A stretch of 64,000 bases of DNA. Source: Planctomycetota bacterium. GTDB taxonomy: Bacteria; Planctomycetota; UBA1135; UBA2386. Below, one piece after another: positions 9,962 through 19,220 of the stretch. A program made the position numbers and the translations under genes. Position 1 is the first letter of the stretch. Each line of letters begins with the position of its first letter. Under the pieces are notes generated by a model, which was not told the DNA's origin, searched no databases, and saw only the letters and a list, made by a program, of their open reading frames with translations. The stretch spans positions 6,592,001 to 6,656,000 of the forward strand of contig OZ245838.1 in the NCBI GenBank assembly GCA_965228735.1. The letters run 5' to 3'.

Positions 9962-12043
9962 CTACTCGTCGCCTCCGGCCGGCGCGCGGAAGGCCCAGAC
10001 GCGCTTGTCGCCCGCACCGACGACGATCATACCGTCGATCACGGCGGGCGAGCTGAAGATCGGGCGACCGATGTCGTAGTTCCAGACCTCGTCGCCGGTC
10101 GCGAGTCGCACGAGGTAGAGCCGGCCGTCGCCCGACCCGAAGACGACCTTGTCGCCGCAGATCACGGGCGAGCCGTCGACCTTGCGGCGAGTCTTGAACG
10201 TCCAGAGCTGCTTGCCGGTCGCGCGTTCGATGCAGTGCAGCTGCTTGTCGCGGCTGCCGATCACGATGTGATCCTCGGCGATCGCGGGCGACGAGACGAA
10301 GCCCTCGCGGCGGTTGCTGTAGGTCCACTCCGTCTCGCCCGACTCGAGATGAACGCGCAGGAACTCGTTGCCGTAGTGCCCGAACCAGGCGCGGTCGTTC
10401 GCGAGCGCGACGGAGCCCGCGACCTGGCAACCCTGCCCGAGGTCGATCCGGGTGATCGGTTTGCCAGTCGCGGCCGCGACGAGGTGCAGGCCGGCGTCGC
10501 AGCCGCCGAATACGACCTCGCCGCCGGCGATCGCCGGCGCGCCGTGCACCTGGTCCGTCGTCTCGTAGACCCACTGCTGCTCTCCCGCGGCGTCGACGCA
10601 GTAGACGCGCGCGTCGTAGCTCGGGACGACGATGCGCAGCGCGCCGCCTTTGAGCCGGAAGTAGTTCGCACCGCCGAGGATCTGGTCCTCGGTCTGGAAC
10701 TTCCAGCGCAGTTCGCCGGACGCGGCGTCGAGCGCGTAGAGGTGGCTGTCGGACGAGCCGATGTAGACGACGCCGTCGACGACGAGCGCCGGCGCCTCGA
10801 CCATGTCGCCCGTCGGGAATGCCCAGCGCCGCTGACCGCTCCGCAGGTCGATCGCGTAGACCGAGTTGTCGGTCGAGCCGACGTAGACGAAGCCGCCCGC
10901 GATCACGGGCGACGACATCACCTCACCGCCGGTCTCGAACTTCCACGCGACCTCGGGCGTGTCCGAGAGCGCGCCGCGGGCGACGCCGTGCAGCGACGGG
11001 TTGCCGCGGTAGTGTGGCCACTCGCCGAGCGGTGGGGGCACGGCCGGGGTGTCCGCGACCTCTGGCTCGCTCGCGGCCTCGGCTTTGGCCGCTTCGTCGA
11101 GCAGCGGCGAACGGAACTCGTATTTCGCGAACAGGCGTTCCCGCAGCGCGTCGATCTCCGCGCGGGTCGCCTTGCCGCCGGACAGCTCCTTCTGCAGCGC
11201 CGGGCGCACGCGATCGAGCTCGGTGACCTGCTTGTCGAGCAGCTGGATCAGGTGGTAGCCCGTGCTCGAACGAACGGGTGCGGAGACCTCGCCGACGGCG
11301 AGCCGGCGCACGGCGTCCGCGAACGATTGCCCGAACCGCACGAAGTTGTAGCGCGGCAGCACGCCGGCCTCCGAAGCCGTCGCCGCGTTGCGCAGCAGAC
11401 GCCGCGTCGTGCGATCGTCCGACTCGCGCAGCAGCGCGTCGAACGACTCGCCGTTCTGCAGTCGGGCGTGCAGCCGCTTCGCGCGCGCCTCGGCGTCCTG
11501 CCGGCGGTCGTTCACGAGCACGTGCCGCACCTTCACCCGCACGCCGCCCTCGCCGTACCGATGTTCGAACAGCGCCTGCACGCGCGCGGGGTCGACGCTG
11601 CGGGCGGCGGCGACGAGCGCGTCGATGCGCAGGTCGCGCAGGGCCTCGGTCGCGAACCGGGCGCGCAGACGAACGTCGGCGACCTCGCGGTCGGAGGCGA
11701 GGCGCCGGCGCGAACCCATGGCGCGCGCGAGGGTGGGGGCGCTGCGCGCGATGCGGCGCTTCTCGCACTCCGCAGCGAGCAGGATGTCGAACGCGAGCTC
11801 ACGGATCTGCCGCGGCCCGGCGCGGCCCGGCGCGAGGTCGCGCTGGTAGCGGTCGAACGTAGCGCGCGTGATCGGGCCGGCCGTCGTCGTGGCGACGATC
11901 TCCGAGCCTTCCGCCGTTCCGCCCGTGGCGGGGTCGGTCGAGCAGAAGAACCCGCGGGACGGGTCCAGGTGGACCTCCTGGGCCAAGCCTTGGGCGAACG
12001 ACGCGAGCAGCGTCAGTGCGAACAGCCGTAACGTGCGGGTCAT
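9962..12043 (-). CDS. Exported parvulin-type PPIase (SurA-like) fused to a BamB-like beta-propeller
   Basis: Start at ATG 12043 (signal peptide); 'VRHVLV..SFDALLRESDD..GEVSAPVRSSTGYHLIQL' rotamase motif; 'EWPHYRG' then regular W-x-F-x-T..SSP blades. Confidence 0.85.
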   Translation of the reverse strand: MTRTLRLFALTLLASFAQGLAQEVHLDPSRGFFCSTDPATGGTAEGSEIVATTTAGPITRATFDRYQRDLAPGRAGPRQIRELAFDILLAAECEKRRIARSAPTLARAMGSRRRLASDREVADVRLRARFATEALRDLRIDALVAAARSVDPARVQALFEHRYGEGGVRVKVRHVLVNDRRQDAEARAKRLHARLQNGESFDALLRESDDRTTRRLLRNAATASEAGVLPRYNFVRFGQSFADAVRRLAVGEVSAPVRSSTGYHLIQLLDKQVTELDRVRPALQKELSGGKATRAEIDALRERLFAKYEFRSPLLDEAAKAEAASEPEVADTPAVPPPLGEWPHYRGNPSLHGVARGALSDTPEVAWKFETGGEVMSSPVIAGGFVYVGSTDNSVYAIDLRSGQRRWAFPTGDMVEAPALVVDGVVYIGSSDSHLYALDAASGELRWKFQTEDQILGGANYFRLKGGALRIVVPSYDARVYCVDAAGEQQWVYETTDQVHGAPAIAGGEVVFGGCDAGLHLVAAATGKPITRIDLGQGCQVAGSVALANDRAWFGHYGNEFLRVHLESGETEWTYSNRREGFVSSPAIAEDHIVIGSRDKQLHCIERATGKQLWTFKTRRKVDGSPVICGDKVVFGSGDGRLYLVRLATGDEVWNYDIGRPIFSSPAVIDGMIVVGAGDKRVWAFRAPAGGDE

Positions 12044-13197
12044 CGCAGCGCAGCCTCCAGGATCGAGCGCAGCTCGCCCGAGGTGACGGTCCGCGGGTTG
12101 AACTGCGCCGTCCACTGCGTCGCGGCGGCGGCCGCGAGGTCGTCGAGCGCCGACTCCGGCACGGCGGGGAGCGTGCGTTCCGCAAGCTCCACGAGGGTCA
12201 CGAGCCGCTTGACGAAACGAGCGTAGGCCTCGCCGTCGTCGACGTGCGTGTCAGCGAGCGCGGCGCCGCGAGCGAGGTGCGCGTACATTGCCTGCGCACC
12301 CGGCTCTTCCGCGTTGAACCGGACGACGAACGGCAGCAGCGCGCCGACCGCGACGCCGTGAACCACGCCGAACCTCTGCGTCAGTGGGTTCGCCAGCGAG
12401 TGCGCCGCGCCCAGCATGCTGTTCTCGATCGCGATGCCGGCCCAGGCCGACGCGTGCAGCATCCCGGCGCGCGCCACGAGGTCGTTCGGGTCCTCCAGAA
12501 CGCGCGGGAAGTGCTCACTGACGAGCCGGAACGCCTCGGTCGAGCACGTCGCCGACATCGGCGTGCGGGCGCGCGTCACGGCGGTCTCGACCGCGTGCGC
12601 GAGCGTGTCGAGGCCGGTGCACGCCGTGACGAAGCGCGGCATCGTCACCGTGAGCGTCGGGTCGAGCACCGCGATGCGGGGCGCGGCCTGCGGATCGCCG
12701 CACGCCATCTTGCCGTGATCGTCGCTGTTGGTGATCAGGGCGAACGACTGCACCTCGCTGCCCGTGCCGGCCGTCGTCGGCACGGCGATGAGCGGCAGCA
12801 GCTGCCCCTTCGCGGTGCCCTTGCCGCGGTAGTCGCGCATGCGCCCGCCGCCGGCTGCAACGAACAGCGCGCCCTTGGCCACATCGATCGCGCTGCCGCC
12901 ACCGACCGCGATCACGAGATCCGTCGCGGGGTCGAGCGCCTGCCGGCAGCGCTCGACGTCGTCCTCGGTCGGGTTCTCCGCGGCATCATCGAAGCGGTCG
13001 ACGGTGAGACCGGCCTGCTCGAGGCAGCGCTGCGCGCGGTCCGGATGCCCCGCGGCCGCAACGCCCGGGTCGGTCACGAGCAGCACGCGCGTGGCCGACA
13101 GCTCGCGCGCGAGGTCACCGATCCCGTCGACCGCGTTCTCGCCCAGCACGAGCCGGGTAGGGCACTGGAACTGCGGGTGCGATCCCGGCGCGGTCAC
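12040..13197 (-). CDS. Iron-containing alcohol dehydrogenase
   Basis: GGGSAID, PTTAGTGSE, GLDTLAHAVE, AHSLA..HG metal ligands; GTG start 13197 preceded by AGGAG. Confidence 0.92.
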   Translation of the reverse strand: MTAPGSHPQFQCPTRLVLGENAVDGIGDLARELSATRVLLVTDPGVAAAGHPDRAQRCLEQAGLTVDRFDDAAENPTEDDVERCRQALDPATDLVIAVGGGSAIDVAKGALFVAAGGGRMRDYRGKGTAKGQLLPLIAVPTTAGTGSEVQSFALITNSDDHGKMACGDPQAAPRIAVLDPTLTVTMPRFVTACTGLDTLAHAVETAVTRARTPMSATCSTEAFRLVSEHFPRVLEDPNDLVARAGMLHASAWAGIAIENSMLGAAHSLANPLTQRFGVVHGVAVGALLPFVVRFNAEEPGAQAMYAHLARGAALADTHVDDGEAYARFVKRLVTLVELAERTLPAVPESALDDLAAAAATQWTAQFNPRTVTSGELRSILEAALR

Positions 13198-13205
13198 CGC
13201 TGCTC

Positions 13206-14636
13206 CTACCAGCCCTGGGCGCGCTGGATCGCGCGGCGCTCGTAGAGGAACTCGAACAGGTTGCCCTCGTGCGGCTGGTCCCACTCGACGTGCGACGTCG
13301 GCACGGGCCCGACGTTGAGGCGGTCGACGTGGTGCGACCGCGACAGCTCCGCGAGCAGGTCCTCGTCCTTGGTGATCGCGGTCACGACGAGGCTCGGGCC
13401 GAGGTCCTCGACGAGCCGGTCCGCGGGTACCTCGACGACGCTCGCGAATGGGCAGAGGAACTCGGTGCGCGCGAGCGGGTGCTCGACGTCGTCGCAGCGC
13501 ACGACGGTCGGCAGCAGGTACTGGCGGCCGCTGTGTTGGACGGCGCGCGGGCCGTCGCGGTGCGCGGCGCTCACGTCGCGGGCGCCGCTCCGGATGCCGT
13601 CCTCGATGCGCGCGTCGATGAACTCGGCCATCTTCGGGTTGGCTAACGCGGACAGCGACGCATCGTCGGCGTCGGGTGCGGTGGGGGCGCGGTTCTTCAG
13701 TTCGGCGGCCAGCGCGTCGGCGATCGCGTCGCCGTGCTTGCTGACGAAGATCGAGGACGCGTTGACGCAGCTGCGACCGCCGTTGTCCGCGACGGACGCG
13801 GCGAGCACGGGCAGGTACTCGCGCCAGTCGTCGATCAGGTCCGGACCGATGACGACCTTGCTGCGGCCAGGGCCGTGGATCTCGATGCGCGGGTCGTGGG
13901 CCCACGCCTTGGTCACGGCCTCGTCGCCGAACAGCTGCGTCCGACCGCAGCGTTCGAGGATGACGCCCGAGCCCTCGTGGTCGGTCGGGTAATAGCTGAA
14001 CGCTTCGCGTGGGCAGCCCGCCGCGATGAACGCCTGCATGATGCGCAGCGGCGTCCACGGTTCTTCGCGGCCCGGCTTGAGCACGACCGGAATGCCGAGC
14101 GCGATCGCGGGCATCCAGATCGAGTTCACGCCCGGCGAATTGCTCGGCAGGATGACGCCGAGCGCATCGGTGGTCGGCGCGTAGTAGACCGGCACGTCGC
14201 CGTGGCTGCCGAAGCCGGTCTCGACGACGGCCGGGTCCATGCCGCGCGTTAGGCCGCGCAGGATGCCCGCCATGCCGTCGAAGACCGTGAAGATCTTCTG
14301 CATGTTGCGGCGCACGAGCACGTGCGGCAGTCCGCTCGTGCGGCTCAACGTCGTGACATGGTCCTCGGCCGACTGCGTCGCGCCTTCACCGTTGAGCGGC
14401 AGCTCGGCGGTCATGAACAGCTCGCCGGCCTTCTTGCAGATCTCGAGCAGCTGCGCGCTCGACAGCGCCCGCAGCGTCTTCGCCGCGCGATCGGCCTTCT
14501 TCAGGTCGCGCTTGATCATGCCGGCGTTGGCCTGACTGATCACGGCCACGACGTCGTCGCCGCTCAGCAGCTCGTTCTGCTCGAGGCTGGTGTACTCCTT
14601 GCCGGCGCGCAGAACGGGGATGTGCGGAGCGCTCAA
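13206..14636 (-). CDS. Aldehyde dehydrogenase-fold acyl reductase, GriD/EhpG-like
   Basis: ILPSNSP (Asn), GRSCVNAS (catalytic Cys), GPGRSK in place of ELGG; TTG start overlapping the stop of the GriC-like gene. Confidence 0.75.
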   Translation of the reverse strand: MSAPHIPVLRAGKEYTSLEQNELLSGDDVVAVISQANAGMIKRDLKKADRAAKTLRALSSAQLLEICKKAGELFMTAELPLNGEGATQSAEDHVTTLSRTSGLPHVLVRRNMQKIFTVFDGMAGILRGLTRGMDPAVVETGFGSHGDVPVYYAPTTDALGVILPSNSPGVNSIWMPAIALGIPVVLKPGREEPWTPLRIMQAFIAAGCPREAFSYYPTDHEGSGVILERCGRTQLFGDEAVTKAWAHDPRIEIHGPGRSKVVIGPDLIDDWREYLPVLAASVADNGGRSCVNASSIFVSKHGDAIADALAAELKNRAPTAPDADDASLSALANPKMAEFIDARIEDGIRSGARDVSAAHRDGPRAVQHSGRQYLLPTVVRCDDVEHPLARTEFLCPFASVVEVPADRLVEDLGPSLVVTAITKDEDLLAELSRSHHVDRLNVGPVPTSHVEWDQPHEGNLFEFLYERRAIQRAQGW

Positions 14637-15673
14637 TAGACCCCCTCGACGATCTTCTCCTTCTCCGCCTCGAACGGCCGCACCTCGCCGACGCCGTCCC
14701 ACGCGTACTGCTCGCACGGCTTGCGGCGAAGCGCCTCGTCGCGCTCGAGGAAGCGCGGCATGAAGAACTCCTTCGTCAGCGTCGTGAGCTCGACGCGGCC
14801 CCAGTCGTCGTAGTCGACGACGTTCTCCGTCTGCTCGGGGTCGACGACGCGCAGCACGGCGCGCGGCTGCGGCGCGTAGTAGGTGATCGAGTAGCCGTCC
14901 GCTGCGAAGTCGGGCTTGTGGGCCGCGAGGCCCATGAGCGTGTTGCCGTAGGTCGGGACGAACTCGACCTCGCCCTCGAGGACCTCCTCGCAGATGAACC
15001 GCGTGTTCTGCGGCGTCATCGTCGTGCCGCCGCAGAAGACGCCCTTGATGCCGGCCTCGGGGATCGACGTGCGTTCGCCGAGCTCCTCGAGGAGCTTGGG
15101 CGTCGTGAACAGCGCGGCCACGTCGCGGTGCTGGATGATCGACATCGCCTGGTCGACGACGTGCGCCATGTAGGCCTTGGCCTGGTCGAACTCCTTGTTC
15201 CTGATCAGCTTCTTCACCCAGCGCGGGTCGAGGTCGACGAAGTAGCACGATGAGCCGCGGAAGTTGGCGAGGTGCTCGATCGCGAGCCGGAGGCGCCGCG
15301 GTCCCGTCGGGCCGACCATGAGCCACGCGCCGCCCGGCGGAAACGCCGCGTCGCTCAGCGTCGCGGAGAACTGCTCGTAGTCCGTCTTGTAGTCCTCCCA
15401 GTTGATGCGCTGCTTCGGCATCCCGGTCGTGCCGCCGGTCTCGAACACGGTGAACGGCCGGCCCTCGTACGCCTTCGGGATGAAGCGGGCGTGCGGCTCG
15501 GTGCGCAGCAGCTCGCCGTCGAAGTGGGGGAAGCGCGTGACGTCGGCGAAGCCCGTCACCTCCTCGGCCGGGTTCCAGCCACTGGCCTTGGCCCAGTCGA
15601 GCCAGTGCGGCGTGCCGGTCTCGGGCGAGAAGTGCCAGCGCACGATCTCGCAGAAGTGTTGGTCGAGGTTCAT
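14633..15673 (-). CDS. GriC/EhpF-like adenylate-forming enzyme (arylcarboxylate reductase component)
   Basis: Motifs recalled from EhpF/GriC: WHFSPETG, ETGGTTG.PK P-loop, D.DPRWVK, YGNT, ERD, C-terminal EGVY. Confidence 0.8.
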   Translation of the reverse strand: MNLDQHFCEIVRWHFSPETGTPHWLDWAKASGWNPAEEVTGFADVTRFPHFDGELLRTEPHARFIPKAYEGRPFTVFETGGTTGMPKQRINWEDYKTDYEQFSATLSDAAFPPGGAWLMVGPTGPRRLRLAIEHLANFRGSSCYFVDLDPRWVKKLIRNKEFDQAKAYMAHVVDQAMSIIQHRDVAALFTTPKLLEELGERTSIPEAGIKGVFCGGTTMTPQNTRFICEEVLEGEVEFVPTYGNTLMGLAAHKPDFAADGYSITYYAPQPRAVLRVVDPEQTENVVDYDDWGRVELTTLTKEFFMPRFLERDEALRRKPCEQYAWDGVGEVRPFEAEKEKIVEGVY

Positions 15674-15675
15674 CG

Positions 15676-15839
15676 CTAGTGCCGTGTACCGGAAGTCACC
15701 TTGTAGATCGCGAGGTCATTCGCGTTCCTGGCAAGGAGCGATCCGCAGGAGTATTGGTGGATACGCCGAGGACGCGCGACGCAGCCAGGGGCGTGAAGGG
15801 CCCGCGAACTACAAGGTGACTTCCGGTACATGGCACTAG
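15676..15839. mobile_element. MITE-like element with 37-bp terminal inverted repeats at a CTAG site
   Basis: 15676-15712 ctagtgccgtgtaccggaagtcaccttgtagatcgcg versus 15803-15839 reverse complement: 35/37 identical; CTAG at both ends. Confidence 0.8.
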
Positions 15840-17377
15840 GGACTGAGGTCGGGACGGTCGAAGAAGCGGTCGATGGTCTTGTCCGATGGGGGTCGGGTCA
15901 CGAGGCTGACGACCACGAGGGTGACCGTGGATGCCGCGATCATGACCGTGACGGGCATCATCCCACCGATCAGATAGTCCTCGCCGGCGCGTTCACCAGC
16001 CAGAGTTGGCGCCAGCAGGCCGTCGTAGAACAGGACGGCCCAGGTGACCCCGGCGACGAGGACCGCGGCGATCGCGCCCGCGGCCGTGGCCCGGCGCCAG
16101 TAGACGGCCGCGACGACGAGCGGGAACAGCGCCGCGAAGCCGCTGAAGCACCAGACCGCGAGGTCGAAGACGTTCGGCGGCGGGAACAGCGACAGTAGGT
16201 ACGTGACCGCGACGATCGCGAGGATGAAGAGGCGACCGAGGCGGACCTTCTGGGCCTCGTCGAGCCGGGCGCCCATCCGGTGGGCGACGATGTCGTGGGT
16301 GAAGATCGAGCCGAGGCAGACGAATTGCGAGTCGAGCGACGACATGATCGCGGCGAGGATGCCGGCGAGCAGGAGCCCTTCGACGAACGGGTTGCTCAGC
16401 TGGATGCCGACCATCTTGGCCAGGATCGCGTTGCTGTTGCCGCCCGGCGCCTCGATGCCGGCGCCCGCCGCCCAGATGCCGATGAGCACGCACGGCGCCC
16501 AGACGATCATGATGAACAGCGGGTGGGCGACGACCGTCATGCGGAACGTCTTCGCGCTGCGGGCGGTCAGCCAGTGCTGGAACAGGTGCGGGAACATGCC
16601 GACCGACAGCGGCACGAACATGTAGGACAGGAACTGCAGGTGGCCGATCTCGCCCTCGCGTGCGAGCAGCTCGGGCCGGTTGTCCAGCACGTTCTGGCTC
16701 GCGGCCTCGACGCCGCCGAGCGAGTCGCTGATCAGGTAGAACGCGAGCAGGCCGACGAGCATGAACACGATCGTCTGGACGGCGTTGGCGAGCGCCGCGG
16801 CGCGCACGCCGCCCGTGAGGATGTAGGCGAGCACGACGCCGCAGACCACGAGACCCGTGATCCACGGCTGCACACCGGCGATGCCCTTCACGACCGCGCC
16901 CGCGCCGACGATGCCGATCAGCAGATACGGGATCACGAGCCCGACGAGCACCGGGAACAGCAGGTAGCCGAGCGCGTTCGACTCGAACCGGCCGCGGAAG
17001 AACTGGATCTGCGTGACGTAGTTGTGCTTCTTCCCGATCGCCCACAGCTTGATGCCGACGAGGAAGAACACGAGCGAGTGGATGATGCCCGACGCCGACG
17101 CCATCAGACCGTAGACGCCGATGCCGGCGTCGTAGGCCTTGCCGGTCGAACCGACGAGCGCGAACGCGGTCATCGTCGTGCCGAACACGCTCATGAGCAG
17201 CAGGAACGGCCCGATCGAGCGGCCCGCGACGAAGTACTCGCCGGCCGAGCCGCGCGAGCGACGGCTGTTGACCATGCTGAAGAGCAACAGCAGCGCGAGG
17301 TAGCCGGCGACGACCCAGAGCGGGGTCGTGCTCTTCTCGGCGGGGGCCTGCAGCGTGGCGAGCAGGTCGGCGATCAT
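15836..17377 (-). CDS. Sodium:solute symporter (SSS family)
   Basis: About 13 TM helices; 'YFVAGRSIGP', 'GGVRAAALANAVQ', 'AAIMSSLDSQ'. Confidence 0.92.
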   Translation of the reverse strand: MIADLLATLQAPAEKSTTPLWVVAGYLALLLLFSMVNSRRSRGSAGEYFVAGRSIGPFLLLMSVFGTTMTAFALVGSTGKAYDAGIGVYGLMASASGIIHSLVFFLVGIKLWAIGKKHNYVTQIQFFRGRFESNALGYLLFPVLVGLVIPYLLIGIVGAGAVVKGIAGVQPWITGLVVCGVVLAYILTGGVRAAALANAVQTIVFMLVGLLAFYLISDSLGGVEAASQNVLDNRPELLAREGEIGHLQFLSYMFVPLSVGMFPHLFQHWLTARSAKTFRMTVVAHPLFIMIVWAPCVLIGIWAAGAGIEAPGGNSNAILAKMVGIQLSNPFVEGLLLAGILAAIMSSLDSQFVCLGSIFTHDIVAHRMGARLDEAQKVRLGRLFILAIVAVTYLLSLFPPPNVFDLAVWCFSGFAALFPLVVAAVYWRRATAAGAIAAVLVAGVTWAVLFYDGLLAPTLAGERAGEDYLIGGMMPVTVMIAASTVTLVVVSLVTRPPSDKTIDRFFDRPDLSP

Positions 17378-17658
17378 TCGTTACCCCCGCTGCCGCTGCT
17401 GTTGCCGCTGTCGTCACTCTCAGAAGCCCACTCCTCGATGTGGGAGGGCCACGCGAACTTCACGACGAGCAGCCACGCCGTCGCGGCGCCGACCGAGATC
17501 AGCACCTGGAACAGCAGGCCGATCGGCACGAACCCGAACACGAGCGTGCGGTCGTCCCAGTACCAGAAGTCGTAGTGCAGGACCGCGAGCACCACGACGA
17601 GCAACCAGGCGAGGATCCCGGCACCCGAGATCCTCCGGCCGGAGTGCGCATCGCTCAT
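17374..17658 (-). CDS. Small two-TM SSS accessory protein (DUF3311-like)
   Basis: Two TM helices with 'HYDFWYW..LVFGFVPIGL'; coupled to the symporter gene. Confidence 0.75.
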   Translation of the reverse strand: MSDAHSGRRISGAGILAWLLVVVLAVLHYDFWYWDDRTLVFGFVPIGLLFQVLISVGAATAWLLVVKFAWPSHIEEWASESDDSGNSSGSGGNE

Positions 17659-19220
17659 TTGCCCTGCTTGTCGCCGTCGGTGGTGGCGATCGCGTAGAGG
17701 TGCGTGTGCGTTGCCACGTAGAGCGTGCCGTTCGCCGCGATCGGCGAGCTGAAGATCGGGGTGCCGAAGTCGATCTCCTTGACCTGCTTCTTGTCGAGCG
17801 TCTTCTTCGCGGGGGCGGAGACCAGGAAACCGTCCTCGATGCCGACGTAGACGCGGCCGTCGGCGACCAGCGTCGAACCCCAGATGTGCGCGCTCGTGTC
17901 GTAGCGCCAGTGCAGCTTGCCGGTCGCGACGTCGAAGCAGTAGAGGAAGCCGGAGTAGTCAGCGATGAACAACATGTCCTCCCAGATCGACAGCGTCGTC
18001 ATGGACCGGTTGATGTCGTTGTAGCTCCAGACCTCCTTGCCCTCGTGATCGACGCACACGAGGTTGCCCACGCCCTCGCCGTGCTCGGGGTCCTGACCGA
18101 TCGCCGTGTAGACGCGGCCGTCGTGCACGATCGGGGTCGCGAGCACTTCGCTCGGGCCCTTCGCCGTCGCGTACTTGCGCGGCTTGCCGTCCTCGTCGAA
18201 GCGGTAGCGCTTCGGGTTGCAGTCGTACTCCCAGACCTTCTTCAGGACCTGGAAGCCCTCCTCGTCCGGCACGGGCTTCGGGTCGAACGCGTAGAGCACG
18301 CCGTCCGGACCGCCGAAGATCGCGAGCTTGACCGGGCCCTTCTCGAGCCAGGCCGGGGACGACCAGTTGCTGTGGAAGATGTGCTCACCGAGGCCCGAGG
18401 CCTCTTCGCCGATGAGCTCGCCCGTGTTCTTGTCGACGACGATCATCGACGGGGCGTTCGGCGCGGGCGTCTCGACGTGGCCGTAGTCGACGCCGTTGCT
18501 CGTCGAAGTCCAGACCTGGTCACCGACGATCATCACGGAGCAGCTCGTGATGTTGTGCGGGAACACGCCGCACTCGTCGATCATGTTGAGCTTCCAGATG
18601 ATGTCGGCGTCGGTCTTGCTCACCGCCATCGGCGGCTTGCCGTTGTCGGGGAAGTACTTGCCCTCGTCCTGGAAGGGGCCGTCGTTGCCGTTCTCCATCC
18701 CGTTCACGTCGAGGCACATGACCTCGCAGCGGTTGGTCACGAGGTAGACGCGGTCGCCCTCGATCGCCGGCGAGCTGCAGATGCCGAGGAACTCCCAGTC
18801 GCTGACCTTGCCGGTGCCGAGCTTGGGCACGTTGAGCTGCCAGATGAGCTCGCCCGTCTTCTCGTCGAGGCAGTAGACGCACGACCGGTCGCCCGCGAAG
18901 CGCGGGTCGCGCGGCGTGTCGTTGTTGGTGCCGACGTAGACGCGGCCGTTGGCGACGGTCGGGTTGCCGTAGCTCTGTGAGCCGAGCTTGGCGACCCACT
19001 TGACGTTCTTCGTCGTCGCCATGTCGATCTCCTCGCTGTCACCCTTGTAGGTGCCCGGGTTGAAGTCGACGGGCAGGCCCTTCACACCGGGCGCGACCAT
19101 GTTGCGCGCGGCGGTGCGGCCCCACATGGGCCAGTCTTGGGCGGCGGCCATGGGCGCGGTCAGCGCGCCCAGCGCACCGATGCCAACGAGGGCGAACAGT
19201 CGATTCTTCAGATCAGTCAT
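17655..19220 (-). CDS. Exported PQQ/BamB-like beta-propeller protein
   Basis: Signal peptide, QDWPMWGRTAARN, propeller blades. Confidence 0.88.
   Translation of the reverse strand: MTDLKNRLFALVGIGALGALTAPMAAAQDWPMWGRTAARNMVAPGVKGLPVDFNPGTYKGDSEEIDMATTKNVKWVAKLGSQSYGNPTVANGRVYVGTNNDTPRDPRFAGDRSCVYCLDEKTGELIWQLNVPKLGTGKVSDWEFLGICSSPAIEGDRVYLVTNRCEVMCLDVNGMENGNDGPFQDEGKYFPDNGKPPMAVSKTDADIIWKLNMIDECGVFPHNITSCSVMIVGDQVWTSTSNGVDYGHVETPAPNAPSMIVVDKNTGELIGEEASGLGEHIFHSNWSSPAWLEKGPVKLAIFGGPDGVLYAFDPKPVPDEEGFQVLKKVWEYDCNPKRYRFDEDGKPRKYATAKGPSEVLATPIVHDGRVYTAIGQDPEHGEGVGNLVCVDHEGKEVWSYNDINRSMTTLSIWEDMLFIADYSGFLYCFDVATGKLHWRYDTSAHIWGSTLVADGRVYVGIEDGFLVSAPAKKTLDKKQVKEIDFGTPIFSSPIAANGTLYVATHTHLYAIATTDGDKQGK

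Noticed and set aside
13206..15673. Phenazine or grixazone biosynthetic cluster
   Set aside because: Core ring-forming genes (phzA-G, griH/griI) are absent from the window
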